From assembly GCA_937996685.1 (NCBI GenBank), contig CALKUP010000006.1:64001-128000 (forward strand): a stretch of 64,000 bases of DNA. The letters are read 5' to 3'. Below are positions 8,970 to 17,793 of this stretch, piece after piece; position 1 is the stretch's first letter, and each line of letters starts with the position of its first letter. This DNA comes from an uncultured bacterium. GTDB lineage: Bacteria; Patescibacteriota; Patescibacteriia; UBA9570; XYC2-FULL-38-9. A model generated the notes under the pieces. The model saw only the letters and a list, made by a program, of their open reading frames with translations. It searched no databases and was not told the DNA's origin. The translations under genes and the position numbers were made by a program.

Positions 8970-11390
8970 TTACATCCAGAGTTTGGCAATCACGTCCTTG
9001 ATCTTTTGATCGTAAATGACAATGAGTTTTTTGGCAGATTCGACTAGCATACGCTCAACCTTAATCTTCTCTACAATCTGCCCTTGTACTTCGAGGGATG
9101 GGAGAGGTATTTTAAAATTTTTCACACTACCCGCAGCAAGATTGGGCTGTGCAACACCATTTTTAGATTCAAGGATCATATCTGCAAAAAATGACGTCCC
9201 AAAATACACCGCTAGAAAATCTACCATTACTTTTTCTCTGGGACGTACTATGACCAATGATGAAGCGATAGCTCCTTCAGAAAAGTTCTCAACTTTGGCA
9301 TATTTACCTAAAGACCCTCGCAAACATAATAATATATCATCTTTCTGAACCTTACCGCCTCCAAGCAGATCAAATCTGACTCGTGATATGAAATCCATAT
9401 TCTTCATGTCAATTCCATCATCTGTTAAATGGCCCGCATTAATAAATGGAATTCCATTGTCTACCCGGTCAGATTTTGAAGGATAATTTACGCCTCTATC
9501 GCCATTTTCAAAATCACAAATCTCCCCCAACTTCACTTTCTCCCACTCAGGATCGATGTCAATTTTGGGTTTCCAATTTTGGACGATTTGCTTGGCACCG
9601 GCGATGATGCCTGTGTAACCATTCAGCTCCGCTACAATTTGCTCTTGAATTTCGAGAGACGGGAGAGGGATTTGAAATGACTGCAACATTCCAAGCTTGA
9701 TATAAGGCATTGTATTTCCAAGTTTCTGCAACTGCATATTCTCTTTCAGAGAATTATTCAAAACTTGAAAAAGATACTTTACATTTACATTTTTGAAATT
9801 ACTCAAAACATAAGTTCGTTGATATGCGTCAAATTTTCCTTTGTAATATTTCACTGCACCAACATCACCGTTTCCAGCAATAAGTAACGCTTCTGTATCA
9901 AATGAAAATACATCAATAAATGTGTTTTCTTTAGCACAAGTAAAGAATGGGTACTCGCCGTTAGGATTTCCTTCATTTACATCTTTTCTGCCTGTTGTAA
10001 TTTCACAAAGTTCTTTTAACTCCACCATTTGCCATTTGACCTTACTGTAATCAGTAACTACACGATATCTGTCACCTGAAAGGTTATAATCACCGTTTTC
10101 GGCAATTTTTGATTTTTCTACATACATTGCAAGCTTGCTTTCTACTTTTTCACCGGCGTTCCATTTGTTCAAAATATCTAGTGCAGCTGGCAAATCATTT
10201 TTGTTAATTGGCCTCTTGGTTGCACCGAGATCAAGACCATCTTGTTCAATTTTTACGAACAAAATTTCTTGATTTGTTTTTGTTAACTCATTATTAAAAA
10301 GCAAAATACTTGTTTTTACTCCGCTATACGGAGCAAAAACACCTGATGGTAAACTTACAACAGCATATAGACCGTCCTCAATAAGATTTTTTCGAAGTTG
10401 CTTATGAGCCGTACCCGATTGAAAAATAATCCCTTCCGGCACGATAATTCCTGCGCGACCATTTGGGCGCAAGTGATTCATGATGTAATCAACGAATAAC
10501 ACCTCCGAACGGGTAGACTCAATGCTAAATTTTTTGTGGGTTGCTACACCACCTTTCGGTGACATAAACGGCGGATTCGCAAGAATGACATCGAACTTAT
10601 CACCCCATCGATCTTCTTCGCTCAATGAATTATATTGAACAATTTTAGGGTTCTTAAACTGATGTAAATACATATTCACTTGAGCAATACGCACCATGCT
10701 CGGATCAACATCGTATCCCTCAAAATTCTCCATTATTTTACGACGCTGCGATGGTGTTAATGGGGATTCTTTTTTTTTGGGGTCATTTATGCCATCATGC
10801 TGTTCCAAAATATGCTTGTATGAACTCACCAAAAAACCACCTGTTCCACATGCCGGGTCCAGTATCTTATCATCTTTTGTCGGATTAATAACATCCACAA
10901 TAAAATCGATGATATGACGCGGCGTGCGAAACTGCCCAGCATCACCTTGACTCGACATAATCGAAAGCAAATACTCATATGCATTACCAAGCTCTTCTGG
11001 ATGAGAATAATCAAAGAAATCAATCTCTTTCAAGAATAATCCAAGCGTTTCTGGTGAACGATATGGTAAAAATGCTGATTTAAAAATTCCACGGAATAAT
11101 TCTGGGAGTTGTTTCGCCTCGGAAAATTTAAGTAGAGCTTCGGCATATAAATTCATTCGCTCTTGATTCCCAACGCGCGAATCCATGAGCCGCGACCATG
11201 CATATTGCTCAAGCTCACCAATAAAAAAAGAAGGTTCATCTCCTTGTTTAATTGCAGCCTGATCCATATCATCCATGAATTTGTAAATCAAAGCATTGGT
11301 GATTTGCTCGATTTGTGAAGTCGGGTTTGGAACAACACCTACAAGCACTTGCCTTGCAGCGTCTATATGTCTTTTAGTTTCTGAATTCAT
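8970..11390 (-). CDS. hsdM: Type I RM N6-adenine methyltransferase fused to specificity subunit (HsdM-HsdS, two TRDs)
   Basis: GQFRTPRHI, ILDPACGTGGFL, NPPF, then W..V.L.E.C...IPLPSLE.Q.QIV repeated twice. Confidence 0.92.
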   Translation of the reverse strand: MNSETKRHIDAARQVLVGVVPNPTSQIEQITNALIYKFMDDMDQAAIKQGDEPSFFIGELEQYAWSRLMDSRVGNQERMNLYAEALLKFSEAKQLPELFRGIFKSAFLPYRSPETLGLFLKEIDFFDYSHPEELGNAYEYLLSIMSSQGDAGQFRTPRHIIDFIVDVINPTKDDKILDPACGTGGFLVSSYKHILEQHDGINDPKKKESPLTPSQRRKIMENFEGYDVDPSMVRIAQVNMYLHQFKNPKIVQYNSLSEEDRWGDKFDVILANPPFMSPKGGVATHKKFSIESTRSEVLFVDYIMNHLRPNGRAGIIVPEGIIFQSGTAHKQLRKNLIEDGLYAVVSLPSGVFAPYSGVKTSILLFNNELTKTNQEILFVKIEQDGLDLGATKRPINKNDLPAALDILNKWNAGEKVESKLAMYVEKSKIAENGDYNLSGDRYRVVTDYSKVKWQMVELKELCEITTGRKDVNEGNPNGEYPFFTCAKENTFIDVFSFDTEALLIAGNGDVGAVKYYKGKFDAYQRTYVLSNFKNVNVKYLFQVLNNSLKENMQLQKLGNTMPYIKLGMLQSFQIPLPSLEIQEQIVAELNGYTGIIAGAKQIVQNWKPKIDIDPEWEKVKLGEICDFENGDRGVNYPSKSDRVDNGIPFINAGHLTDDGIDMKNMDFISRVRFDLLGGGKVQKDDILLCLRGSLGKYAKVENFSEGAIASSLVIVRPREKVMVDFLAVYFGTSFFADMILESKNGVAQPNLAAGSVKNFKIPLPSLEVQGQIVEKIKVERMLVESAKKLIVIYDQKIKDVIAKLWM

Positions 11391-11392
11391 AT

Positions 11393-13951
11393 TTACAAGT
11401 TTGTTATATGATACGCGTAATCATGGATATATTGAGGAACTATTGCCTTATAACCATTCAGCATCTGATATTCCTCAAAATCAAACGTGGACTCTGTGTT
11501 AAATCGTGCTGTTTGTTTGGTTGAGATAATTTCTCGCACTTTTTCATCTGTTGCGTATGCCTTAAAAAACATCTTGACTGGCGCATAATGCTTTTGATCA
11601 ACTGGGTTTACTTCCATGAATTTCTCCCATTCGGACTCTAGTAAGTCTTCTTTATTTTCAAATGATTCTTTTTGCCCAAAAGCGACTTCTAAAAATTCCT
11701 TTACGGAAATTCGACGATCGACATCAAATATTTTACGTATTTTATCGAGATTCAAAAAATGTTTTGGCTTATCAAAAATTTCTTTCTTCGCAAAATCTTC
11801 TGCTTCTTGTAAATCACCATTCTCCCACAATGATTTTAGGACTTCATTACCCACAACATCTTCTTCAACAGCTTGTTTAAAGCCTTCTCGGTCAATGCGC
11901 ATTCCTTCTACGCCAATAGCTATTGCAGCAACAGAAATGACTTTATCATCCATCGCTAAATCAACAGGTCCTTTAAATACTGCATTGCCATTTTCGTCTA
12001 CAAATTCTCCTTGCTGTCCTTCTGAATCAGCATTTTTTTCAGTTGCGGTCACTTTTTTTATTTGTGGCAGTTTGATTTTCTCATCATACGGAAATTCATG
12101 TTCAAAATATTCACAACTGGCAAAGAAATCAAAGAACTTAAATTCGTTCTTATCGACATGAATTTGTTCATTTGTCGTATAATCATGATAATCGAATGAA
12201 TACTTTCTAGTACCGCGGCCTTTCATCTGCACAAAATCAGACGGACTAAACACAGGTCGCATAAGACCAATATTCAACAAATCTGGGCAGTCATACCCTG
12301 TTGTCATCATGCCAACTGTAACCACTACTCGTGTCTTTCCTGAATCATATCCTTCAAGAAATTTCACTGGCCCACCAAGTCTGTTATTCGCAAAATTTAT
12401 TGTCATCTGCTGTGCCTTCTGCACTTGAGATGTCACCTGCACAGCAAAATCAGATTCATTATATTGATCTGGCCATTTTTCATAAGCAAGTCTATTGAGA
12501 ATATTTGCTACACGCGCAGCATGACTTTGTGAAACACAAAAGACAATGGATTTTCCAAAAAGTGGGAGGCCAAATTTTTGACCAATTGGATCCAGAAGAC
12601 CGTTATCAATAAATGCCTTACACATCGCAATATTTGTCTCTTCATTGAAAAATTTCTTTTCATAGTGTCGTTCATCAAACACCTCATTCATTTCTCCGGC
12701 TTCTGTATTTGTAGATACACCGTATCCTTTTTCAGATAGAAGTTCAGTGGTAATTTCTGTACGAGCATCTATGCGCGTTGGCTGAATAAGATGCCCATCT
12801 TTTGAGCCTGTATTTAAATCATATGAAAAAGTAGGAACACCTGATTCACAACCGAAAGTTTTATACGTATCTAAAAGCAAGCGCCGTTCATGCTCCCGCT
12901 GATTATCTAATGTAACGGTATTAACATTCTTCAAATAATTTTTTGGCGTAGCAGTTAAACCAAGTTTATAACCAACAAAATATTCAAACACAGCGCGACT
13001 ATTACCACCTATAGAACGATGAGCTTCATCTGAAATCACTAGTTCAAAATCTGTAGGTGAAAAATCCTTTTTGTATCGGTCGCCTGCGAGAAATGTTTGC
13101 ACTGTAGAAACGACAATGCTCGCATTTTGCCAAGAATCCTTTTTGTTCTTATAAATAACACTTGGAAAATCACGTCCCAAATACTGTGTAAATGCCTTAT
13201 GCGCCTGGTCTTCTAACTCTAATCTATCTACTAAAAATAAAATACGCTGTGCGTTACCAGACTGTAAAAACAATTTTATAGCAGCCGCGGAAATCAGCGT
13301 CTTGCCTGTACCTGTTGCCATCTCAAACAGAAACCGATTATTACCCAACTGAGCAGACTGCTGCAAAGAATTAATCGCTTGCATCTGATACGAACGCAAC
13401 TGTTTAAGGCTATTGTCTTTCAAGAACGCGCTGCGAGTATATTCATTTTGAAATAAAGGATCTTTTTCGAAACCCGGCATCTGAGATTCAATTATATAAT
13501 TCGCTCCTACTTCAATTTGCGCTAACCCTGCGGGGTCTGGTGTATATTTTTCGTACTGTGAAATTGAATCTTGCGTAGGAAAACGCGAAATTGTTTCCGG
13601 ATTACCGTTTTGAGTATCCCAAAAATAATGAATGTTACCATTCGACAAAATCACAAAACGCGCATTTATATTACGCGCATAATTACGGGCCTGTTCCTTT
13701 GCAGAAAGCGGGTCGATTGATTCTTTTTTTGCCTCAACAACAACCAGCGCTCGCCCGTTCTTATCTAGCAATAAAAAATCGATAAATCCTTTTGAAGCAT
13801 TTTCAAAATCATCACCTAACTCGCTAATACTCACTCCTGGCTCCAGCTGAATATTTGCCTTACCATTTTTATCATCAAAAAATCGCCACCCAGATTCTTG
13901 TAGTAGGTTATTTATTTTTATTCTTGCTTGGGCTTCTTTTTTATTTTTCAT
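11393..13951 (-). CDS. hsdR: Type I restriction enzyme R subunit
   Basis: IDFLL...VEAKK nuclease motif, QARNYA, MATGTGKT, DEAH, GLTATP, MTTGYD, QMKGRGTR. Start set at MKNKK. Confidence 0.93.
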   Translation of the reverse strand: MKNKKEAQARIKINNLLQESGWRFFDDKNGKANIQLEPGVSISELGDDFENASKGFIDFLLLDKNGRALVVVEAKKESIDPLSAKEQARNYARNINARFVILSNGNIHYFWDTQNGNPETISRFPTQDSISQYEKYTPDPAGLAQIEVGANYIIESQMPGFEKDPLFQNEYTRSAFLKDNSLKQLRSYQMQAINSLQQSAQLGNNRFLFEMATGTGKTLISAAAIKLFLQSGNAQRILFLVDRLELEDQAHKAFTQYLGRDFPSVIYKNKKDSWQNASIVVSTVQTFLAGDRYKKDFSPTDFELVISDEAHRSIGGNSRAVFEYFVGYKLGLTATPKNYLKNVNTVTLDNQREHERRLLLDTYKTFGCESGVPTFSYDLNTGSKDGHLIQPTRIDARTEITTELLSEKGYGVSTNTEAGEMNEVFDERHYEKKFFNEETNIAMCKAFIDNGLLDPIGQKFGLPLFGKSIVFCVSQSHAARVANILNRLAYEKWPDQYNESDFAVQVTSQVQKAQQMTINFANNRLGGPVKFLEGYDSGKTRVVVTVGMMTTGYDCPDLLNIGLMRPVFSPSDFVQMKGRGTRKYSFDYHDYTTNEQIHVDKNEFKFFDFFASCEYFEHEFPYDEKIKLPQIKKVTATEKNADSEGQQGEFVDENGNAVFKGPVDLAMDDKVISVAAIAIGVEGMRIDREGFKQAVEEDVVGNEVLKSLWENGDLQEAEDFAKKEIFDKPKHFLNLDKIRKIFDVDRRISVKEFLEVAFGQKESFENKEDLLESEWEKFMEVNPVDQKHYAPVKMFFKAYATDEKVREIISTKQTARFNTESTFDFEEYQMLNGYKAIVPQYIHDYAYHITNL

Positions 13952-13955
13952 AACA

Positions 13956-14552
13956 TTATTTTTCTTCATCATCCATTCGTCTTCGTCGATCATCTAAAAT
14001 CTCATCCTCAAATTCAAAATAAAGCGTGCCTTGCGGTCGTCTCTGATACCCCAATAACTCCATTGCAAAAGTTGAAAGGCTATTTACCTTATCACCAATT
14101 TTGATTTTATCATTTTCAATAACCTCAGCAACAATGTTTGCATCTCTCGTAAATGTCAGCTTTGAGCCAACAGGGATGCCATATTGATCAAAATGAAACC
14201 GTGAACGTCGCTCTTTCACTTCATCAACCTCTTTCTCTTGCTCTTTCGTTAAACCACTGTCAATTCTTTCTTCTTGAATTTGAACCTTTTTTAACGCCAA
14301 GGCAGCATATTCAGGATTCATCTTAAAAAATTCACGATTATCTCGCGCTCGTCGATCAGCAAAAATAGAATGCAACCACTTTTCTTCTTTCTCGGCATTT
14401 TCAACTACTGCAGCATAATACACTTCAAAAGGAAGCGGGGTGCCAGTTCGATCCAGTTGCTTCATCCGCTCTGTGACATCGCCATGAGTAAAACCAATTT
14501 TAATGTACTCTGGCATTGATTCATTTGTTAATATGTAGACAATCTGATTCAT
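13956..14552 (-). CDS. GIY-YIG (T5orf172-like) nuclease with C-terminal RAMA-like domain
   Basis: VYILTNESMPEYIKIGFT, ERMKQL, TGTPLPF, EKWLH, REFF; C-terminal GIPVGSKLTF...SLS.FA...QG..YF...L..RR. Confidence 0.8.
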   Translation of the reverse strand: MNQIVYILTNESMPEYIKIGFTHGDVTERMKQLDRTGTPLPFEVYYAAVVENAEKEEKWLHSIFADRRARDNREFFKMNPEYAALALKKVQIQEERIDSGLTKEQEKEVDEVKERRSRFHFDQYGIPVGSKLTFTRDANIVAEVIENDKIKIGDKVNSLSTFAMELLGYQRRPQGTLYFEFEDEILDDRRRRMDDEEK

Positions 14553-14755
14553 ACGCCAACTTCAGCAACCTATTGATAAAAACTCAAAACTTCGCAAAAT
14601 TCGAGTTAATTTGAATAATATATACATATAATATAAAGCAATTAGCGAAAAAATGCCATAGCACTGAATACGTAGAATAAACCGAAATTTAGGGGGTGTA
14701 CCCCTTCAGGGCACGGGCAGGAATCCTCGATTCCCGCTCTCCTTCTAGAGATAAC

Positions 14756-14786
14756 AAAAAAGCGGTCCCAGAAGGACCACTCTTTT
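14756..14786 (-). terminator. Terminator downstream of tRNA-Trp
   Basis: Minus strand AGTGGTCC-TTCT-GGGACCGCT followed by TTTT. Confidence 0.7.
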
Positions 14787-14794
14787 GTTATATG

Positions 14795-14865
14795 CAGGGG
14801 GTGCAGGAATCGAACCCGCCCAAATGGTTTTGGAGACCAGTGTACTACCGATATACGAACCCCCT
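14795..14865 (-). tRNA. trnW: tRNA-Trp (CCA)
   Basis: AGGGGGTTCGTATATCGGTAGTACACTGGTCTCCAAAACCATTTGGGCGGGTTCGATTCCTGCACCCCCTG; cloverleaf, no encoded CCA end. Confidence 0.95.
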
Positions 14866-14871
14866 AGAAAA

Positions 14872-14959
14872 GGGTGGGTCATTTGTTGACGAGATCCGGC
14901 ACATCGACAAAGGTCGGGGGGTGCGGCGGACAGACATCAAAAAAATAACCCAGCTACCC
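14872..14959 (-). ncRNA. Candidate structured RNA: long irregular hairpin in the tRNA-Trp 5' leader
   Basis: Nested stems TGGGTTATTT/AAATGACCCA, TTGATG/CGTCAA, GTCCG/CGGAT, GCAC/GTGC, CGAC/GTCG. G-U pairs favour the minus strand; TATACT at 14962-14967. Confidence 0.45.
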
Positions 14960-15029
14960 ATAGTATACGGAAATATTTGGATTTGTAAAGATGGCGCAGA
15001 ATTGAAAAGATATGATACAATCCACACAT

Positions 15030-16088
15030 ATGGAAGAAAAAAGAAATATCATCTTTGATAAAAAAAATGTCCTTGTGATTGGTGGAGCTGGATTCATCGG
15101 CTCTCACCTCTGCGACGAACTGATTCAAACCTCGAAAGTCATCTGCGTTGATGATTACAGCTCTGGTTCAGTCAACAATATCTCCCACTTGCTCCAAAAT
15201 CCGAACTTCGTGTTTTTGCGGCACGATATCACAAAACCGCTGGATCTCGCGGCCTATCCCGAACTTGATTTGTTGCAAGTCAAATTCCAAGGCATCCAAG
15301 AAATCTACTACCTCGCCTGCCCGACGATTCAATTGGGATATGAGGAATTCATGCTCCAAACCGCGAAAGCAAACTCGGTTGGCGTTTTCCACGGACTTGA
15401 GCTCGCGAAAGAATATAACGCGAAATTTTTACTCGGCTCATCTCGCGCGGTCTACGGCGATCCACTTGATGGCCAAGAACAATTCCAAGAAGATTATTGG
15501 GGCTTTGTTGACCAACTCGGTAGTCGCGCTGCGTACAACGAAGGCAAACGCTTTGCAGAAACACTAACGCTCACTTACAAACGCACATTCAACCTCGACA
15601 CAAAGATTGCTCGGATTTTCAATACCTATGGCCCTCGCATGATGCTCAACGCCGGGCGCATGATCCCCGACTTTGTGAAAGCTGCCGTCGACAACAATGA
15701 CGTTGTGATTTACGGCGACGGAACCAGTGAAGACAGTTATTGCTATGTCGATGACATGATTCAAGGGTTAGTCGCGCTCATGCAAACACCGATTATTGAA
15801 CCAGTGAATCTCGGCGCTGACACTACATTTCAAATTATTGATATTGCAAAAAAAGTCATTGAACTGTCTGGCTCAAAATCTCAAATTTTATTTCAAAAAG
15901 AAATTCAAGGATTGGTTCGCTATGCTGCGCCAGACATCTCTCGTTCAAAACGACAACTCGGCTGGTTTCCGGTTACTGACCTCGATACTGGACTCAAACG
16001 CACCGTCTCGGATATGATCGGCGCCCAAACAATGACCTACAATTCCCTGTCTCCAGAAAATTACAGCACAATCTCCTCTTCATCTTGA
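15030..16088 (+). CDS. NAD-dependent epimerase/dehydratase, UDP-glucuronate decarboxylase (UXS)-like, divergent
   Basis: GGAGFIGSHL, YLACP, YNEGKR, RIFNTYGPRM. Confidence 0.85.
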   Translation: MEEKRNIIFDKKNVLVIGGAGFIGSHLCDELIQTSKVICVDDYSSGSVNNISHLLQNPNFVFLRHDITKPLDLAAYPELDLLQVKFQGIQEIYYLACPTIQLGYEEFMLQTAKANSVGVFHGLELAKEYNAKFLLGSSRAVYGDPLDGQEQFQEDYWGFVDQLGSRAAYNEGKRFAETLTLTYKRTFNLDTKIARIFNTYGPRMMLNAGRMIPDFVKAAVDNNDVVIYGDGTSEDSYCYVDDMIQGLVALMQTPIIEPVNLGADTTFQIIDIAKKVIELSGSKSQILFQKEIQGLVRYAAPDISRSKRQLGWFPVTDLDTGLKRTVSDMIGAQTMTYNSLSPENYSTISSSS

Positions 16089-16501
16089 GGATCTTCTGAA
16101 AACGCAAAGATCCATAATTTTTGCAACGCGAAACTAAAGACGCCTGCCGCCATTCCTGAGAATGGTTTTGCGATGATGTCTAATATATGGAAGTGTTCAA
16201 CTAAGCCCCACAGCACACTTTGGTTGATTAATAGCGCAACACCGGTTGCAACATAAAACTTCAACATCTGTTGATACGAAAACTCATGTGTTTTACCGGA
16301 ATGATGCTTGAATGTCCAACGACGACTCCAATAATAGCCATTCACGCCTGACACAACGAACGCAATTAACGCCGCGAGTAAATAATGTTCTCGGAAAAAC
16401 ACAATACCGCGAGTAAGGCTGATAAACACAGCCGAATCAATCGCGGTATTGAGAACGCCAATAATGCCGAATTTACTGAACTGCAGGATCGTATGCTTCA
16501 T
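16061..16501 (-). CDS. GtrA family protein
   Basis: QFSKFGIIGVLNTAID, SRRWTF, QKLWIF; 4 TM. Confidence 0.9.
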   Translation of the reverse strand: MKHTILQFSKFGIIGVLNTAIDSAVFISLTRGIVFFREHYLLAALIAFVVSGVNGYYWSRRWTFKHHSGKTHEFSYQQMLKFYVATGVALLINQSVLWGLVEHFHILDIIAKPFSGMAAGVFSFALQKLWIFAFSEDPQDEEEIVL

Positions 16502-17663
16502 AGAGGTCGAATGATTGTTCGTTTATACCTCCGTGATTATAAAGGCGCGTGGTGTTTTTTGCAATGTCGTCCCAATTATATTGCTGCTTCACATGCTCTT
16601 TAATCGAGCGGCCAGCAACTTTTAAGACATGCGGGTTTTTCAAGATGAAGGCACACTGCTCAGTCAAACCATCAACATCTCCTTTGTCGAAGAAAAAGCC
16701 ACCGTGTTGCACAACTTCCACATTCGCTGGAATGTTACTCGCGATAATCCCTTTTCCGAAACTCGCGGCTTCAAGCAACGCAATCGACAACCCCTCTGAA
16801 TCAGACGGATGAATCGACGCATACGCATTCGCATAAATTTGTTTCAATGCGCGGCCTGTTTGAAAACCGGTGAAAATAATTCGAGGATCGTTTGCTGCCA
16901 AATCTTTCAATTGACTCACATATTCTTCTGTTCCAATTGCAGCGTCACCAACAATCGCTAATTTTTTATCTGTTTCTAAACGCATCCAGGCTTCAATCGC
17001 GAAATGGACGCCTTTATGCGGAACCAATCGGTTGACCACGATGGCGTAGTCTTGCGGCGAAAGACCGAGACCCGCAAGCAATTCTGAACCAACGTCTTCA
17101 CCGTCTTGCACTTCAACACCATTTGGGATATACCACGCATGTTTTCCATACGCTTCTTGCGCATAGTCTTGCAATTCCCGAGACACAACAATTGTTTGAT
17201 GTGGGAATGAAAGCGCTGCTCGTTCACCCAGTGTTAACATCAATCGAGCAAACGAACCCCATTTACCGTGCAGGCGATCTGGACTATGGAAGGTTGCGAT
17301 CACACGAGCATTCGGCGCAAAGACGCGCGGCAAAAACGACAACAATGACGGACCAACACTGTGGAAATGATAGACATCTGGACGGACAAACAATAATGCA
17401 TGTGTTACAGCGAACAGCGTTGAAATAATGGTATCAAAATGTTTTGTGCGCAATGTCGGTGTAAAGACAATCCGAACCAGTGGATGCTCTTTCTGAAACT
17501 GTTCAGCTTTTTTTGGCGAAACATAATGACGACGACTATATACAATAACCGCATTCCCTGCGCTGGAGAGTTGTTTACTTAAATGATGGACATGCTGCTC
17601 CACTCCACCCCATGTGGCTGGAACACCTTTTTGTCCAAACATTGCAATTCGTTGTCTTTTCAT
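16473..17663 (-). CDS. Glycosyltransferase family 4
   Basis: IAMFGQKGVPATWGGVE, RLVPHKG, SEGLSIALLEA. Confidence 0.92.
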   Translation of the reverse strand: MKRQRIAMFGQKGVPATWGGVEQHVHHLSKQLSSAGNAVIVYSRRHYVSPKKAEQFQKEHPLVRIVFTPTLRTKHFDTIISTLFAVTHALLFVRPDVYHFHSVGPSLLSFLPRVFAPNARVIATFHSPDRLHGKWGSFARLMLTLGERAALSFPHQTIVVSRELQDYAQEAYGKHAWYIPNGVEVQDGEDVGSELLAGLGLSPQDYAIVVNRLVPHKGVHFAIEAWMRLETDKKLAIVGDAAIGTEEYVSQLKDLAANDPRIIFTGFQTGRALKQIYANAYASIHPSDSEGLSIALLEAASFGKGIIASNIPANVEVVQHGGFFFDKGDVDGLTEQCAFILKNPHVLKVAGRSIKEHVKQQYNWDDIAKNTTRLYNHGGINEQSFDLYEAYDPAVQ

Positions 17664-17713
17664 ACGTTACATGTTTCGCCGCTGTCTTAATCAAGAAATG
17701 TGAGCGACAGAAA

Positions 17714-17742
17714 ACAGTAACAGGTTTTCGCTATTTTGTCAA
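17714..17742 (-). promoter_or_regulatory. Sigma70-type promoter of the GT4-gtrA operon
   Basis: TTGACA-N17-TACTGT. Confidence 0.55.
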
Positions 17743-17793
17743 GTCTATACACCAAAAGACCTTTTTCCTATAGAAAAAATTGTCTAATATTGG

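Noticed and set aside
9080-9690. Two similar DNA segments in hsdM-S as an invertible shufflon
   Set aside because: They are the ordinary direct conserved repeats of HsdS; no inverted silent TRDs or invertase are present
14696-15058. 120-aa ORF and other short ORFs over tRNA-Trp
   Set aside because: They overlap the tRNA, terminator and hairpin and have no protein-like features
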